Source: Candidatus Nomurabacteria bacterium (GTDB lineage Bacteria; Patescibacteriota; Minisyncoccia; Phycocordibacterales; Phycocordibacteraceae). Taken from it: 61,730 nt of DNA. A program made the position numbers and the translations under genes. Positions within the stretch are counted from its first letter, which is position 1. Each line of letters begins with the position of its first letter. The DNA is taken from positions 1-61,730 of the forward strand of contig CALRBA010000003.1 of the NCBI GenBank assembly GCA_943353835.1. Direction: 5' to 3'. The notes beneath the pieces were generated by a model, which saw only the letters and a list, made by a program, of their open reading frames with translations, had not been told where the DNA came from and searched no databases. Shown one piece after another: positions 1 to 8,846 of the stretch.

Positions 1-2015
1 GCTTTCTTTTTGCCTTTCTCAGAAACAAGGTCAGACCTTTGGGAACTTGCATTAAGGTCTGACCTTGTTTCTGGTGGCACTTCAGGGAGCGCCATCTCCA
101 CATACGGCCCGAAGCGTCCCGTCTTTATATAAACAGCGTCGCCGGTCTCGGGGTGTACACCGATTGGCTCGTCACTTTTCAGCTCCGCACCGTCTTCCAT
201 GCGTGCGCCGAGACAATCAGGATACTTCTTACAGCTCATGAAGACACCTCCGCGTCCGAGCTTATTCTCCATCGCACTACCACAGAGCGGGCATGGAAAT
301 TCTTTGGGAGCATCGCCGAGCGACGTCGCCTTCGGAAGTTTATCTTTCGCTCGCACAGCCTTTTCAAATGGTCCATAAAATTCGGTTAATGTCTCTTTAT
401 ATCCGCGTTCTCCGCGAGCAATCTCGTCAAGTTTGTCCTCCATCTCCGCGGTGAATGTGTCGCTCACATACTCTGGAAAATTTTCTTCCAGCCAGCCCGA
501 GACGACCATGCCTGTGGCCGTCGGCTTCAGCGCTCTCGCAAGTTTTTCTACATATCCGCGGTCTTGGATGGTCTTCATAATAGAGGCGTAGGTTGATGGA
601 CGTCCAATTCCTCTTTTTTCCAATTCTTTAATCAATCCTGCTTCGGTATAACGATTTGGCGGTTCGGTCTGTTTCTCTTCAGCACCAAGCGAGAGGAGGT
701 CGAGCGGGTCGCCACTGGCAAGCTTCGGGAGCTCTACATCCTCGCCTCGCGACTTCGTATCCAGCGCGAGCCAGCCAGCGAAGAGGACGCGGGAGCCGTT
801 GGCAGTAAACAAGGGGATTTCTTTATTTGCTTTCGCGACGACGTTCGTGCGCATAATCTTCGCAGGAGACATCTGAGAGGCGAGGGCGCGTATACGGATA
901 AGTTCGTAGAGTTGCACTTCGTCCGGAGTAGAACCCGCGCGTTTATGAGAAGGGTCAGTGGGGCGGACGGCTTCGTGCGCCTCCTGTGCGTTCTTACTCG
1001 TCGTCTTATACGCGCGCACCTGCAGATACTCTTTACCAAACTCTTTTTCTACAGCACTCGCTATCTTCGCGACCGCTTCGGTGCCGAGATTCACCGAATC
1101 GGTGCGCATATAGGTGATATGTCCCGCCTCATATAATTTTTGTGCTGCGCGCATTGTGCGTGAAGGTGCGAATCCGAGTCTCGTTGAAGCAGTCTGCTGA
1201 AGCGTTGAAGTCGTAAATGGAGGACGAGGATTACGGTCTTCGGCTCTTTCTGTAACATCGCCGACTTTCCATACGGCACTCCTGCCGGCTTGTACAATTC
1301 TTTCAGCTTCTTCATATGTGGCAGGCTGTTCTGTGCAGGTTGTAGACAAGGTTAAACCTTGAGAATTCTGACCAAGGTTTAACCTTGTCTTAAAGAGTGC
1401 AGAGAGGACGAAATAGGTGACGGGTATAAAAGCTTTAATTTCTCGCTCGCGTTCCGCCAGGATGCGAAGAGCAGGAGATTGTACACGCCCAGCTGATAAA
1501 CCGTAGCGCACTTTTTTCCAAATCAAACCGGACAAGTCATAACCGACGATGCGGTCTAATACGCGCCGCGCTTCTTGCGCACGGCGCAAATTCTCGTCTA
1601 TGTTTCTCGGATGCGCTATTGCATCTTTTATCGCATCCTCTGTTATCTCGTGGTAAACAACACGTTTAATCGGTTTGGTTTTTATTTTTTGAGATTTGGA
1701 ATTTCCGAGTTCATCTCTGATGATCTCGGCGATGTGCCACGCAATAGCCTCTCCCTCACGGTCTGGGTCGGTCGCGAGATATATCTCGTCGGCCTTCTCT
1801 ACAGAGCGCTGTATCTTCTCTATCACTTCGCGTTTATCAGCGGAAATAACGTAGTGCGGAATAAACCCGCCTTCAATATCCACCGCGTCTTTATTACTCT
1901 TTGGTAAGTCGCGCACATGCCCGACAGAAGCAATGACATCGTAGTCTTTACCTAAATATTTCCCAATCGTGCGTGCCTTTGTAGGGGACTCTACAATGAG
2001 TAATCGTTTCATCAT
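1..2015 (-). CDS. topA: DNA topoisomerase I (type IA), runs off the left window edge
   Basis: Manual minus-strand translation (absent from the ORF track because no stop falls in the window): MMKRLLIVESPTKARTIGKYLG (Toprim), GLSAGRVQSPA, KLYEAGHITYMRTDS (catalytic Tyr), C-terminal CPLC zinc ribbon and GRFGPYV repeat. Confidence 0.96.
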   Translation of the reverse strand, partial: MMKRLLIVESPTKARTIGKYLGKDYDVIASVGHVRDLPKSNKDAVDIEGGFIPHYVISADKREVIEKIQRSVEKADEIYLATDPDREGEAIAWHIAEIIRDELGNSKSQKIKTKPIKRVVYHEITEDAIKDAIAHPRNIDENLRRAQEARRVLDRIVGYDLSGLIWKKVRYGLSAGRVQSPALRILAEREREIKAFIPVTYFVLSALFKTRLNLGQNSQGLTLSTTCTEQPATYEEAERIVQAGRSAVWKVGDVTERAEDRNPRPPFTTSTLQQTASTRLGFAPSRTMRAAQKLYEAGHITYMRTDSVNLGTEAVAKIASAVEKEFGKEYLQVRAYKTTSKNAQEAHEAVRPTDPSHKRAGSTPDEVQLYELIRIRALASQMSPAKIMRTNVVAKANKEIPLFTANGSRVLFAGWLALDTKSRGEDVELPKLASGDPLDLLSLGAEEKQTEPPNRYTEAGLIKELEKRGIGRPSTYASIMKTIQDRGYVEKLARALKPTATGMVVSGWLEENFPEYVSDTFTAEMEDKLDEIARGERGYKETLTEFYGPFEKAVRAKDKLPKATSLGDAPKEFPCPLCGSAMENKLGRGGVFMSCKKYPDCLGARMEDGAELKSDEPIGVHPETGDAVYIKTGRFGPYVEMALPEVPPETRSDLNASSQRSDLVSEKGKKK
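20..73. repeat. AAGGT-N3-ACCTT palindromic element, copy 1, in frame in topA
   Basis: cagaaacaaggtcagacctt-N14-aaggtctgaccttgtttctg; 20-bp arms; 54 nt. Confidence 0.9.
1344..1390. repeat. AAGGT-N3-ACCTT palindromic element, copy 2, in frame in topA
   Basis: agacaaggttaaaccttg-N11-caaggtttaaccttgtct; encodes TRLNLGQNSQGLTLS. Confidence 0.9.
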
Positions 2016-2071
2016 TTGTTAACTCATAGCGCGTATACCTATATATGGTCAAGTGCGCATTGTTCGCTGGC

Positions 2072-2842
2072 TCACTCAACTTCCACTCGTATCGGGTGAT
2101 GGTCGGAGCCGATTCGGTCTGAGAGAACCTCGGCATTTTTTATCGTAAACGAATGCGAGACGAGGATGTGGTCGAGCTGACTTCCGCCGAACGAATGAGT
2201 CACCTTCCCGCGAAGCGGGTTTATGAGCTCGTGCTCAACGAAGCGTCGTTCAATATGTGTACGTTCGCGTCGATATAGGAAAGCATCACTCACCCGACCG
2301 CCGAGAAGCCAACTCAATATCGAGACATGTGGTGCCTCGATGGTATTGAAGTCACCGCAGACGATAGTGGGAAGGCTCGGGTCGCGTTCAGCCAGAGACT
2401 GTTCAAATTCGCGAAGTCGTTTCTCAGGTGTGGCGAGGACGAGATGCAGATTGAATATGCGTACTGTGCCCGCGGACGTGACTACGTCAGCGAACAGCGC
2501 CGCCCGATTCGTTCGCTTCGACCATCCGAGAGGGCTTAACAGCCACACGAGAGCCTTCGCTCGCCACGGGAGTTCGGGCCAATAATCCGGGAAGGGTATT
2601 CTCTTGCTTTGTACAATCTCATTACGCGATAGAATAACTATCCTATGAGTGCTCGGTACCCTGAACAAATGGTTCGCATCCACCGTTTCCACGAGGTGGT
2701 AGGGAAGCGAGTGGAGTCGCTCGAGAAACGTTTCAGGAACTTCTTGCAAACAGAAAATGTCAAAATCGCTTTCAGAGATAAATTTAAACGCACGGTCCAG
2801 TTCGCGGTTACGGAAGAGAATGTTCCAAGAATAGATTTTCAT
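2072..2842 (-). CDS. Endonuclease/exonuclease/phosphatase (EEP) family protein
   Basis: SWNI, FCLQEV, NLHL, CGDFN, LDHI and SDHHPI motifs. Confidence 0.9.
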   Translation of the reverse strand: MKIYSWNILFRNRELDRAFKFISESDFDIFCLQEVPETFLERLHSLPYHLVETVDANHLFRVPSTHRIVILSRNEIVQSKRIPFPDYWPELPWRAKALVWLLSPLGWSKRTNRAALFADVVTSAGTVRIFNLHLVLATPEKRLREFEQSLAERDPSLPTIVCGDFNTIEAPHVSILSWLLGGRVSDAFLYRRERTHIERRFVEHELINPLRGKVTHSFGGSQLDHILVSHSFTIKNAEVLSDRIGSDHHPIRVEVE

Positions 2843-2848
2843 ACTTAT

Positions 2849-3706
2849 TTATACGCGATGCCATGCGCTGAATTCTTCTTTAATAAGCCCGCGCAACTCT
2901 AGTGCTACAAGGGCGGTTAATACTTCGCCAGCGGCGCCGGAGGCGCCGCGGAGAATCTCATCGCGAGTCATCGGCTCGTCCAACATATTCCAGATAACGA
3001 GTTCAGCGTCTTCAAGGTCGCTTGGCGCGACACCTATTGAAGCGCTTTCGCGTGGTGCGATATGTAACGCTTCAAGAATGTGTAGAGGGTCGCTGATAAG
3101 CGCGGCACCGAGACGGATAAAGAGATGTGAACCGAAGGAGTGCGGGTCAGCAATACGATGCGGGATGCAGAGCAAGTCGCGATTGTATTCACCAGCGAGA
3201 CGCGCGGTAATAAGCGTGCCAGACTTCTGTCCTGCTTCAATAATCAACACAGCGTCGGAGAGTCCGACCATAATCCTGTTGCGCTCGGGGAAAAAATGTA
3301 CACGCGAGAGAGTATCGGGAGAATATTCGGAAAGAAATCCTCCCCCGGCTTTTAAAATTTCTTTCGCGAACGCGCGATTACTCCTCGGGTAGAGTACATC
3401 ATCGCCGAGTCCAGAGCCAGGCACCACGAGTGTATGTAAACCAGCAGATAACGCTGCTTTATGCGCACAAGTATCGGTGCCGAGCGCTAGGCCAGAGACA
3501 ATAGAGATAGGGTAGCCGGCGAGGCCTGTAATTAACTTCTCACACGCCTCTTGTCCGTAGCGCGTCATCGCACGGCTACCCACGACGGTTAGCATCTTAT
3601 GTCCAGAGGGAGGCAATTCACCACGTACCCACAACCTCTTCGGTGGCTGTGGTATCTCCAATAGTTGTGCAGGCCATTCACTCTTCTCCAGTTCTCGAAT
3701 CTCCAT
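2849..3706 (-). CDS. dprA: DNA processing protein DprA/Smf
   Basis: VVGSR, IVSGLALGTD, FPERNRIMVGLS, EAGQKSGTLITA; adjacent to topA. Confidence 0.95.
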   Translation of the reverse strand: MEIRELEKSEWPAQLLEIPQPPKRLWVRGELPPSGHKMLTVVGSRAMTRYGQEACEKLITGLAGYPISIVSGLALGTDTCAHKAALSAGLHTLVVPGSGLGDDVLYPRSNRAFAKEILKAGGGFLSEYSPDTLSRVHFFPERNRIMVGLSDAVLIIEAGQKSGTLITARLAGEYNRDLLCIPHRIADPHSFGSHLFIRLGAALISDPLHILEALHIAPRESASIGVAPSDLEDAELVIWNMLDEPMTRDEILRGASGAAGEVLTALVALELRGLIKEEFSAWHRV

Positions 3707-3729
3707 AGGTGCAGTATACTATTCAATAT
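3707..3729. promoter_or_regulatory. Putative bidirectional -10 element shared by dprA and serS
   Basis: Palindrome AGTATACT at 3713-3720 gives TATACT on both strands, 6 nt from the dprA ATG and 9 nt from the serS ATG. Confidence 0.65.
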
Positions 3730-4998
3730 ATGTTGGATATACATTTCATACGCGAGAATGCGGACATCGTTAAGGAGGGGGCGGCGAAGAAGCATATTGA
3801 GGTTGACCTTGACCGTCTCATCAAGGTTGATGACGAGCGCAAGCTACTGCGACAAGAGCTCGATGCAAAGAAGGCAGAGCAGAATCGGCGGAGCAATGAG
3901 ATTCAGATTTTGAAGGATGTTGAGCGTGAGAAAGTTATTGAGCAGATGCAACATCTTAAGTCGGGCATGGCGGAGAGCGAAGAGAAATTGAAGACGGTGA
4001 TGGTTGAATGGCAACAGCTAATGCTCACCGTTCCGAATATTCCGGATATGTCGGTACCGGATGGCGAAAGCGATGCGGATAACATGGAAGTAAAGAAGTG
4101 GGGCGAGCCAACGGCGTTCGGGTTTACTTCAAAAGGGCACATTGAATTAATGCTTGCGCTTGATATGGCCGATTTCGAACGAGGCGCAAAAGTCGCTGGA
4201 TTTCGTGGCTACTTCCTCAAGGGTGATGGCGTGCTTCTCACAAATGCCATCTGGCAACTCGCACTCAAATTTTTCACCGCAAAAGGATTTACACCGATGA
4301 TTGTTCCCTCGCTTGTGCGACGAGAGGCTTTGATTGGTACAGGATTCCTTCCGCAAAGCGAAGATGATCTTTATAAAGTGCAGGATGAACTGTACTTGGC
4401 TGGTACAGGAGAAGTTGCGACGATGGGCTACCACATGGATGAGGTGCTTACGAAGGAAGAGCTGCCAAAAAAGTATCTTGCGTTCTCACCGTGCTTCCGT
4501 CGCGAGATCGGTGCTCATGGTAAGGATGTGAAAGGTCTCATTCGTGTTCACGAGTTTTATAAGTTCGAACAAGTGATTCTATGTGAAGCTAGTCACGAAG
4601 GCTCGGTCAAGTACCATGAGGAACTGACACGCAACAGCGAAGAGTTTATTGAACTTTTGAATATCCCGTACCACACTGTTGTCAATTGTGGCGGTGACCT
4701 AGGCTTGGGTCAGGTGAAGAAGTATGACATCGAGCTTTGGGTACCAGGAGAACAGACATATCGCGAAATCGGCTCCGCATCATATTTTCACGATTTTCAG
4801 ACGCGCCGGTTGAATATTCGATATAAGGATGCGGAAGGGAAGCTTCAATACGCACATTCGCTCAATAACACTGCAATCCCGATACCGCGCATTCTGGTTT
4901 CTATAATTGAGAACTATCAACAGGCTGACGGTACCATTAAAGTACCCGACGCTTTAGTGCCCTATGTTGGAAAGAGCGTTATCGGGGGAGCGCAGTAA
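3730..4998 (+). CDS. serS: Serine--tRNA ligase
   Basis: MLDIHFIREN start, PCFRREIG, GLIRVHEFYKFEQ, KYDIELWVP, HSLNNTA; start set at ATG 3730. Confidence 0.97.
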   Translation: MLDIHFIRENADIVKEGAAKKHIEVDLDRLIKVDDERKLLRQELDAKKAEQNRRSNEIQILKDVEREKVIEQMQHLKSGMAESEEKLKTVMVEWQQLMLTVPNIPDMSVPDGESDADNMEVKKWGEPTAFGFTSKGHIELMLALDMADFERGAKVAGFRGYFLKGDGVLLTNAIWQLALKFFTAKGFTPMIVPSLVRREALIGTGFLPQSEDDLYKVQDELYLAGTGEVATMGYHMDEVLTKEELPKKYLAFSPCFRREIGAHGKDVKGLIRVHEFYKFEQVILCEASHEGSVKYHEELTRNSEEFIELLNIPYHTVVNCGGDLGLGQVKKYDIELWVPGEQTYREIGSASYFHDFQTRRLNIRYKDAEGKLQYAHSLNNTAIPIPRILVSIIENYQQADGTIKVPDALVPYVGKSVIGGAQ

Positions 4999-5803
4999 CG
5001 AGCGGCTCGCAGTGCGGCGCCGTACTCGGCGCCGAATGGGTCTCATATTTTTTTTAATCCTGCTCCTGCTCCTGCTTACTGCAACTATTTACGGGCTTCG
5101 GCAGAGTGCTGCGCGCATTTCACACATAGAAGTTATTAGTGTGGACGCATCGCTTTCTGGATATGCGACAAGCAGGATGCAAGGAAACTATTTCGGTATT
5201 ATTCCACGTGATTCCATATTTTTCTTCCCCGAAGAGAGCATTCGCGCAGACATACTTTCATCTCATAATGACATTGTCGCAGTTTCAATATTAAGAAACG
5301 GCTTTACTGGAATTTTAATAAAAGCGGATTACCGCGTTCCTGTCGCGCGTTGGTGTGGGGACGCAACAAGGTTCAACCTTGAGGATTCGGATTTAAGGTT
5401 GAACCTTGTTGCGGACTGTTATTTTTTTGATACTGACGGATTAATATATTCGGCGGCTACAACAACGCAACCGATAAATTCTTTTGTTGTTTATAATGCG
5501 TTACCCGTCGACGATGACCCGATTGGTTCAACTCTCCCATTTGCCAAAGATTTTCCCGCAATTTTTGACTTTGCACGGCAATTATCAACCCTTGGTTCGC
5601 AGGTAGTTTCTGTCGCCATTCATGACGGAGAAGTGGACAACCGTCTCGCGAGTGGTACGCGTGTCACCTATGTTCTTGGTCGCGAACAAGTCGCCTTCAC
5701 CGCACTTGTTTCTGCTCGCAACAACTTCAATCTAGCTGACGGCTCGGTAGACTATGTTGACCTGCGCTTTGACGGTAAAGTGTATGTGAAGCCGAAGAAG
5801 TGA
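4964..5803 (+). CDS. FtsQ/DivIB-like bitopic membrane protein
   Basis: Basic N-terminus, one TM helix, POTRA-like segment, C-terminal DYVDLRFDGKVYVK typical of FtsQ; start uncertain. Confidence 0.65.
   Translation: MLERALSGERSNERLAVRRRTRRRMGLIFFLILLLLLLTATIYGLRQSAARISHIEVISVDASLSGYATSRMQGNYFGIIPRDSIFFFPEESIRADILSSHNDIVAVSILRNGFTGILIKADYRVPVARWCGDATRFNLEDSDLRLNLVADCYFFDTDGLIYSAATTTQPINSFVVYNALPVDDDPIGSTLPFAKDFPAIFDFARQLSTLGSQVVSVAIHDGEVDNRLASGTRVTYVLGREQVAFTALVSARNNFNLADGSVDYVDLRFDGKVYVKPKK
5362..5413. repeat. AAGGT-N3-ACCTT palindromic element, copy 3, in frame in the FtsQ-like gene
   Basis: cgcaacaaggttcaacctt-gaggattcggattt-aaggttgaaccttgttgcg; encodes ATRFNLEDSDLRLNLVA. Confidence 0.92.
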
Positions 5804-5815
5804 TACCGTTCATAT

Positions 5816-6847
5816 ATGTTCTGGAATAACTTGAAGAAACCATTCTTTGTGATGGCGCCGATGGCGGATGTCACTGATGTCGCTTTTCGAGCGTTGGTAG
5901 CCGCGCGTGGGAAGCCAGATGTCTTCTGGACCGAATTTGTCTCGGCAGATGGGCTCTACCACACCCGCGAGATAGCGAAAATGAAGGATGACGAGAATCC
6001 GCTGATGCGCGATTTATTAAAAGAGGAAGGGCAGAAGCCTATTGTTGCGCAGATTTTTTCAAACAAGCCAGAGATGATTGCTTATGCGACGAAGCTTGTT
6101 GCCGAACTTGGCTTCAATGGCGTGGATATCAATATGGGCTGTCCTGATAGAACGATAGAGAAGCAAGGTTGTGGTTCGGCGATGATCAAGACGCCCGAGC
6201 TTTCGCGCGAGATTATCCGCGCGGCGAAGGCGGCGAGTAGCCTACCCGTCTCGGTGAAGACGCGCATCGGGTACAACAAAGAATCGTTAGATGAATGGCT
6301 CCCAGCGCTTTTGTCCGCGAACCCTTCTGCAATAACGTTGCATCTACGGACAAGAAAAGAGATGTCGCTCGTACCCGCTGATTGGGAACAAATGAAAAAA
6401 GCGGTAGAAATCAGGAATCGCGTAAATCCAAGCGTACTCCTCATCGGCAATGGCGATGTGCAAAACCTTGAAGATGCGGGAGTGAAAGCCAGAGAGACCG
6501 GTTGCGATGGAATCATGCTCGGCCGCGCGATGTTCGGCAACCCCTGGGTCTTCGCGGGCCGCAAATCGGAGGACACGCCACTTGCAGAGAAACTCGCAGC
6601 GCTTCTTGAACTCGCACACGGTTTTGAAAAAATCTCGCCGCCGAAGAACTTCGCCATTTTGAAAAAGCACATCAAAGCATTCGTCACTGGCTTCGCTGGC
6701 GCCGCCGAACTCCGTGCGCAACTCATGTCAGCCGAAAACGCTACCGAACTTGAGGCAATTACGCAAAACAAGGTTCAATCCCGCTATAGCGGGATTGAAC
6801 CTTGTTTTGCGGTATACTCTCGCAATGGCGCATCAGAGTTTATATAG
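5816..6847 (+). CDS. dus: tRNA-dihydrouridine synthase (Dus family)
   Basis: MAPMADVTD, DINMGCP, PVSVKTRIG, IGNGDV, GIMLGRA. Confidence 0.95.
   Translation: MFWNNLKKPFFVMAPMADVTDVAFRALVAARGKPDVFWTEFVSADGLYHTREIAKMKDDENPLMRDLLKEEGQKPIVAQIFSNKPEMIAYATKLVAELGFNGVDINMGCPDRTIEKQGCGSAMIKTPELSREIIRAAKAASSLPVSVKTRIGYNKESLDEWLPALLSANPSAITLHLRTRKEMSLVPADWEQMKKAVEIRNRVNPSVLLIGNGDVQNLEDAGVKARETGCDGIMLGRAMFGNPWVFAGRKSEDTPLAEKLAALLELAHGFEKISPPKNFAILKKHIKAFVTGFAGAAELRAQLMSAENATELEAITQNKVQSRYSGIEPCFAVYSRNGASEFI
6762..6811. repeat. Perfect 50-bp palindrome, AAGGTT family copy 4, in the dus 3' end
   Basis: cgcaaaacaaggttcaatcccgcta|tagcgggattgaaccttgttttgcg. Confidence 0.95.
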
Positions 6848-7952
6848 AATACATCGCCCGGCGATCTTTGCGGAGGTAGTGGGGCAGGAGCAGGTGACGA
6901 AGCCATTAGAAGAGACGGCGAAATCTAAGAAGATTGGGCACGCGTATCTCTTCGCCGGCAGTCGCGGATTAGGGAAAACCTCGGTCGCGCGCATCTTTGC
7001 TGACGCCATTGGTTGTAAAGAAAACGATTTACATGAGATAGATGCGGCTAGTAACAACAGTGTTGATGCTATGCGTGCACTCATCGAAGGCGTTTACACC
7101 CTTCCGTTTGAATCCCCATACAAGGTCTATATTCTTGACGAGGTGCACATGCTTTCTAAGAGCGCATGGAATGCATTTTTGAAAACGCTTGAAGAGCCAC
7201 CCGCGCATGCAGTTTTTATTTTGGCAACAACGGAACTTGAAAAAGTTCCGGAAACGGTGCAGTCGCGCTGTCAGGTTTTTGAATTTAAAAAGCCATCAAG
7301 GCGAGGCCTTGCTGAAGTTGCTGTGAGTGTGGCTAAGAAAGAAGGATACACACTCGCACCAGACGCCGCCGAGCTTATCGCCATGCTCGCGGAAGGCTCG
7401 TACCGCGACGCGCTTTCTGTTTTACAAAAAGTTTTTGCCGTAGCAGCCCCGACGTTAAAAGTCGGGGCTCCGACCAAAAGCGTCGGAGACGTGAAAACTT
7501 TGTCGCGCGAGGTTGTTGAGGCAGCTACAGGAGCACCAAAAAGAGAACAGGTTCACGCGCTTATATCCGCGCTCGCCACGGATCCGCCGGCTGGCGGACG
7601 CGGTAAAGCGCTTGAAGCGATAGAGAAGGCGGCGAAGTCCGGCGCCGATATGAAGCTTTTCTTGGAGCTAGTGCTTGAAGCTTTGCGCGCTACTCTCCTC
7701 ATTCGCTACGCGCCCGAGCTCCACACCTCTCTCCAGAGCGAGCTCGGCGCGGACGAATTTTCTGTACTTGAATCCATGTCGGGAAGTAGTACGTCCCGAC
7801 ATGAAAAAGACCTATCTGCGCAGGCAGGCATTACTCATGTGACAATGTTGGCGTTTCTAAACGCCACCGAGCGCATCCGCTACGCGCCCATCCCCGCGCT
7901 TCCGCTCGAGCTCGCCGTCCTCGAACTTTTTCCTGACGAATCAGACAAGTAG
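6825..7952 (+). CDS. dnaX: DNA polymerase III subunit gamma/tau (short form)
   Basis: SLYRIHRP, HAYLFAGSRGLGKTS, EIDAASN, ILDEVHML, LKTLEEPP; ATG 6825 lies 6 nt after TATACT. Confidence 0.96.
   Translation: MAHQSLYRIHRPAIFAEVVGQEQVTKPLEETAKSKKIGHAYLFAGSRGLGKTSVARIFADAIGCKENDLHEIDAASNNSVDAMRALIEGVYTLPFESPYKVYILDEVHMLSKSAWNAFLKTLEEPPAHAVFILATTELEKVPETVQSRCQVFEFKKPSRRGLAEVAVSVAKKEGYTLAPDAAELIAMLAEGSYRDALSVLQKVFAVAAPTLKVGAPTKSVGDVKTLSREVVEAATGAPKREQVHALISALATDPPAGGRGKALEAIEKAAKSGADMKLFLELVLEALRATLLIRYAPELHTSLQSELGADEFSVLESMSGSSTSRHEKDLSAQAGITHVTMLAFLNATERIRYAPIPALPLELAVLELFPDESDK
7445..7488. repeat. Tandem double hairpin in frame in dnaX
   Basis: agccccgac-N7-gtcggggct overlapping ctccgac-N7-gtcggag; encodes APTLKVGAPTKSVG. 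Confidence 0.75.
7775..7828. repeat. Two adjacent palindromic inserts in frame in dnaX
   Basis: catgtcggga-N9-tcccgacatg at 7775-7803, then cctatctgcgcaggcagg at 7811-7828. Confidence 0.7.
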
Positions 7953-7969
7953 TGGTAGAGTTTATCTAT

Positions 7970-8040
7970 TGCCCGATCGTCTAATGGTAGGACAGCGGCC
8001 TTTGAAGCCGTTAATTGGGGTTCGAATCCCTGTCGGGCAG
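7970..8040 (+). tRNA. tRNA-Gln(TTG)
   Basis: Acceptor TGCCCGA/TCGGGCA, anticodon arm GCGGC-CTTTGAA-GCCGT, T-loop TTCGAAT. Confidence 0.95.
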
Positions 8041-8103
8041 CCCGAATAAAACTAGCGGGGAAATGGGGACAGTCACGATTAAAAAGTTCGTAAAAATACA
8101 AAA

Positions 8104-8349
8104 GTGACCCACTACGTCTACATTCTCGAGTGCGCGGACACCTCGCTGTATGTGGGATGTACCAACAACATTGAGAGGCGATTGAAAGAACATAATCATT
8201 CAAAACAAGGGGCGCACTATACCAAGATCCGCCGGCCAGTTAAGCTACGATATTCGGAGACTTTCTTACATCTGAAGGACGCTCGTGCTCGTGAGGCTGT
8301 CTTGAAGCGACTTCCTCGCGAAAAGAAGCGAGCGTTCATCGTTCCTTAA
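8104..8349 (+). CDS. Small GIY-YIG nuclease (YhbQ/UPF0213-like)
   Basis: HYVYILEC..SLYVGCTNNIERRLKEHN..GAHYTK..AREAVLK. Confidence 0.9.
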   Translation: MTHYVYILECADTSLYVGCTNNIERRLKEHNHSKQGAHYTKIRRPVKLRYSETFLHLKDARAREAVLKRLPREKKRAFIVP

Positions 8350-8407
8350 AAAAACAAAGAGCTGGTCAGGCTCTCGCGGGTTTATCGACCGTTTGTGTGG
8401 CGGGTAA

Positions 8408-8656
8408 CTACAGGAACTCAAGTTCTTCTCTGGAGTAGGTGCAGGTTGTAACTACCCCATATCTCTCAAATTCAACCGTGTACAGTTCTCTTTCGATGAA
8501 TTTGATACTTCCTTGTTCTCCGATGTGAAGATCGAAAAAAGCAAGGGGGAACCAAAAGAACAAAGAGACATCACAGAGCACTTTTACCCGCACCTGTGGT
8601 CTCTTTTGTTTGTGCCCTTTCCTCGCATTCTTGATATTGGTAACCGTTGCAGTCAT
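8408..8656 (-). CDS. Hypothetical small protein, possible SH3/KOW-like beta fold
   Basis: ORF filling the intergenic gap; G-rich SD-like run upstream of ATG 8656. Confidence 0.45.
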   Translation of the reverse strand: MTATVTNIKNARKGHKQKRPQVRVKVLCDVSLFFWFPLAFFDLHIGEQGSIKFIERELYTVEFERYGVVTTCTYSREELEFL

Positions 8657-8784
8657 GGAACCCCCCATTGGTAGTCAAGAATATGTGTACCCCGAGCTTG
8701 AGTTTAGCGCTTTTTGCTCTTGTCTGCACTTGACCCCAGTACCCAGTAGGTCATTTTACTAAATGAGGTGAATCTGCTGATTCA

Positions 8785-8830
8785 AGTGTGACGAAGCGTC
8801 ATTACCCTCGACAGTGTGACGATGCGTCAG
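8785..8830. repeat. Two copies of a TGACG-N3-CGTCA palindrome (operator or small repeat)
   Basis: agtgtgacgaagcgtca (8785-8801) and ctcgacagtgtgacgatgcgtcag (8807-8830); third copy at 28629-28652. Confidence 0.7.
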
Positions 8831-8846
8831 CTAGAATAACCACACT

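Noticed and set aside
153-2136. Short ORFs listed in the track over the first 2 kb
   Set aside because: They are shadows of topA, which fills the minus strand and is missing from the track only because it runs off the window.
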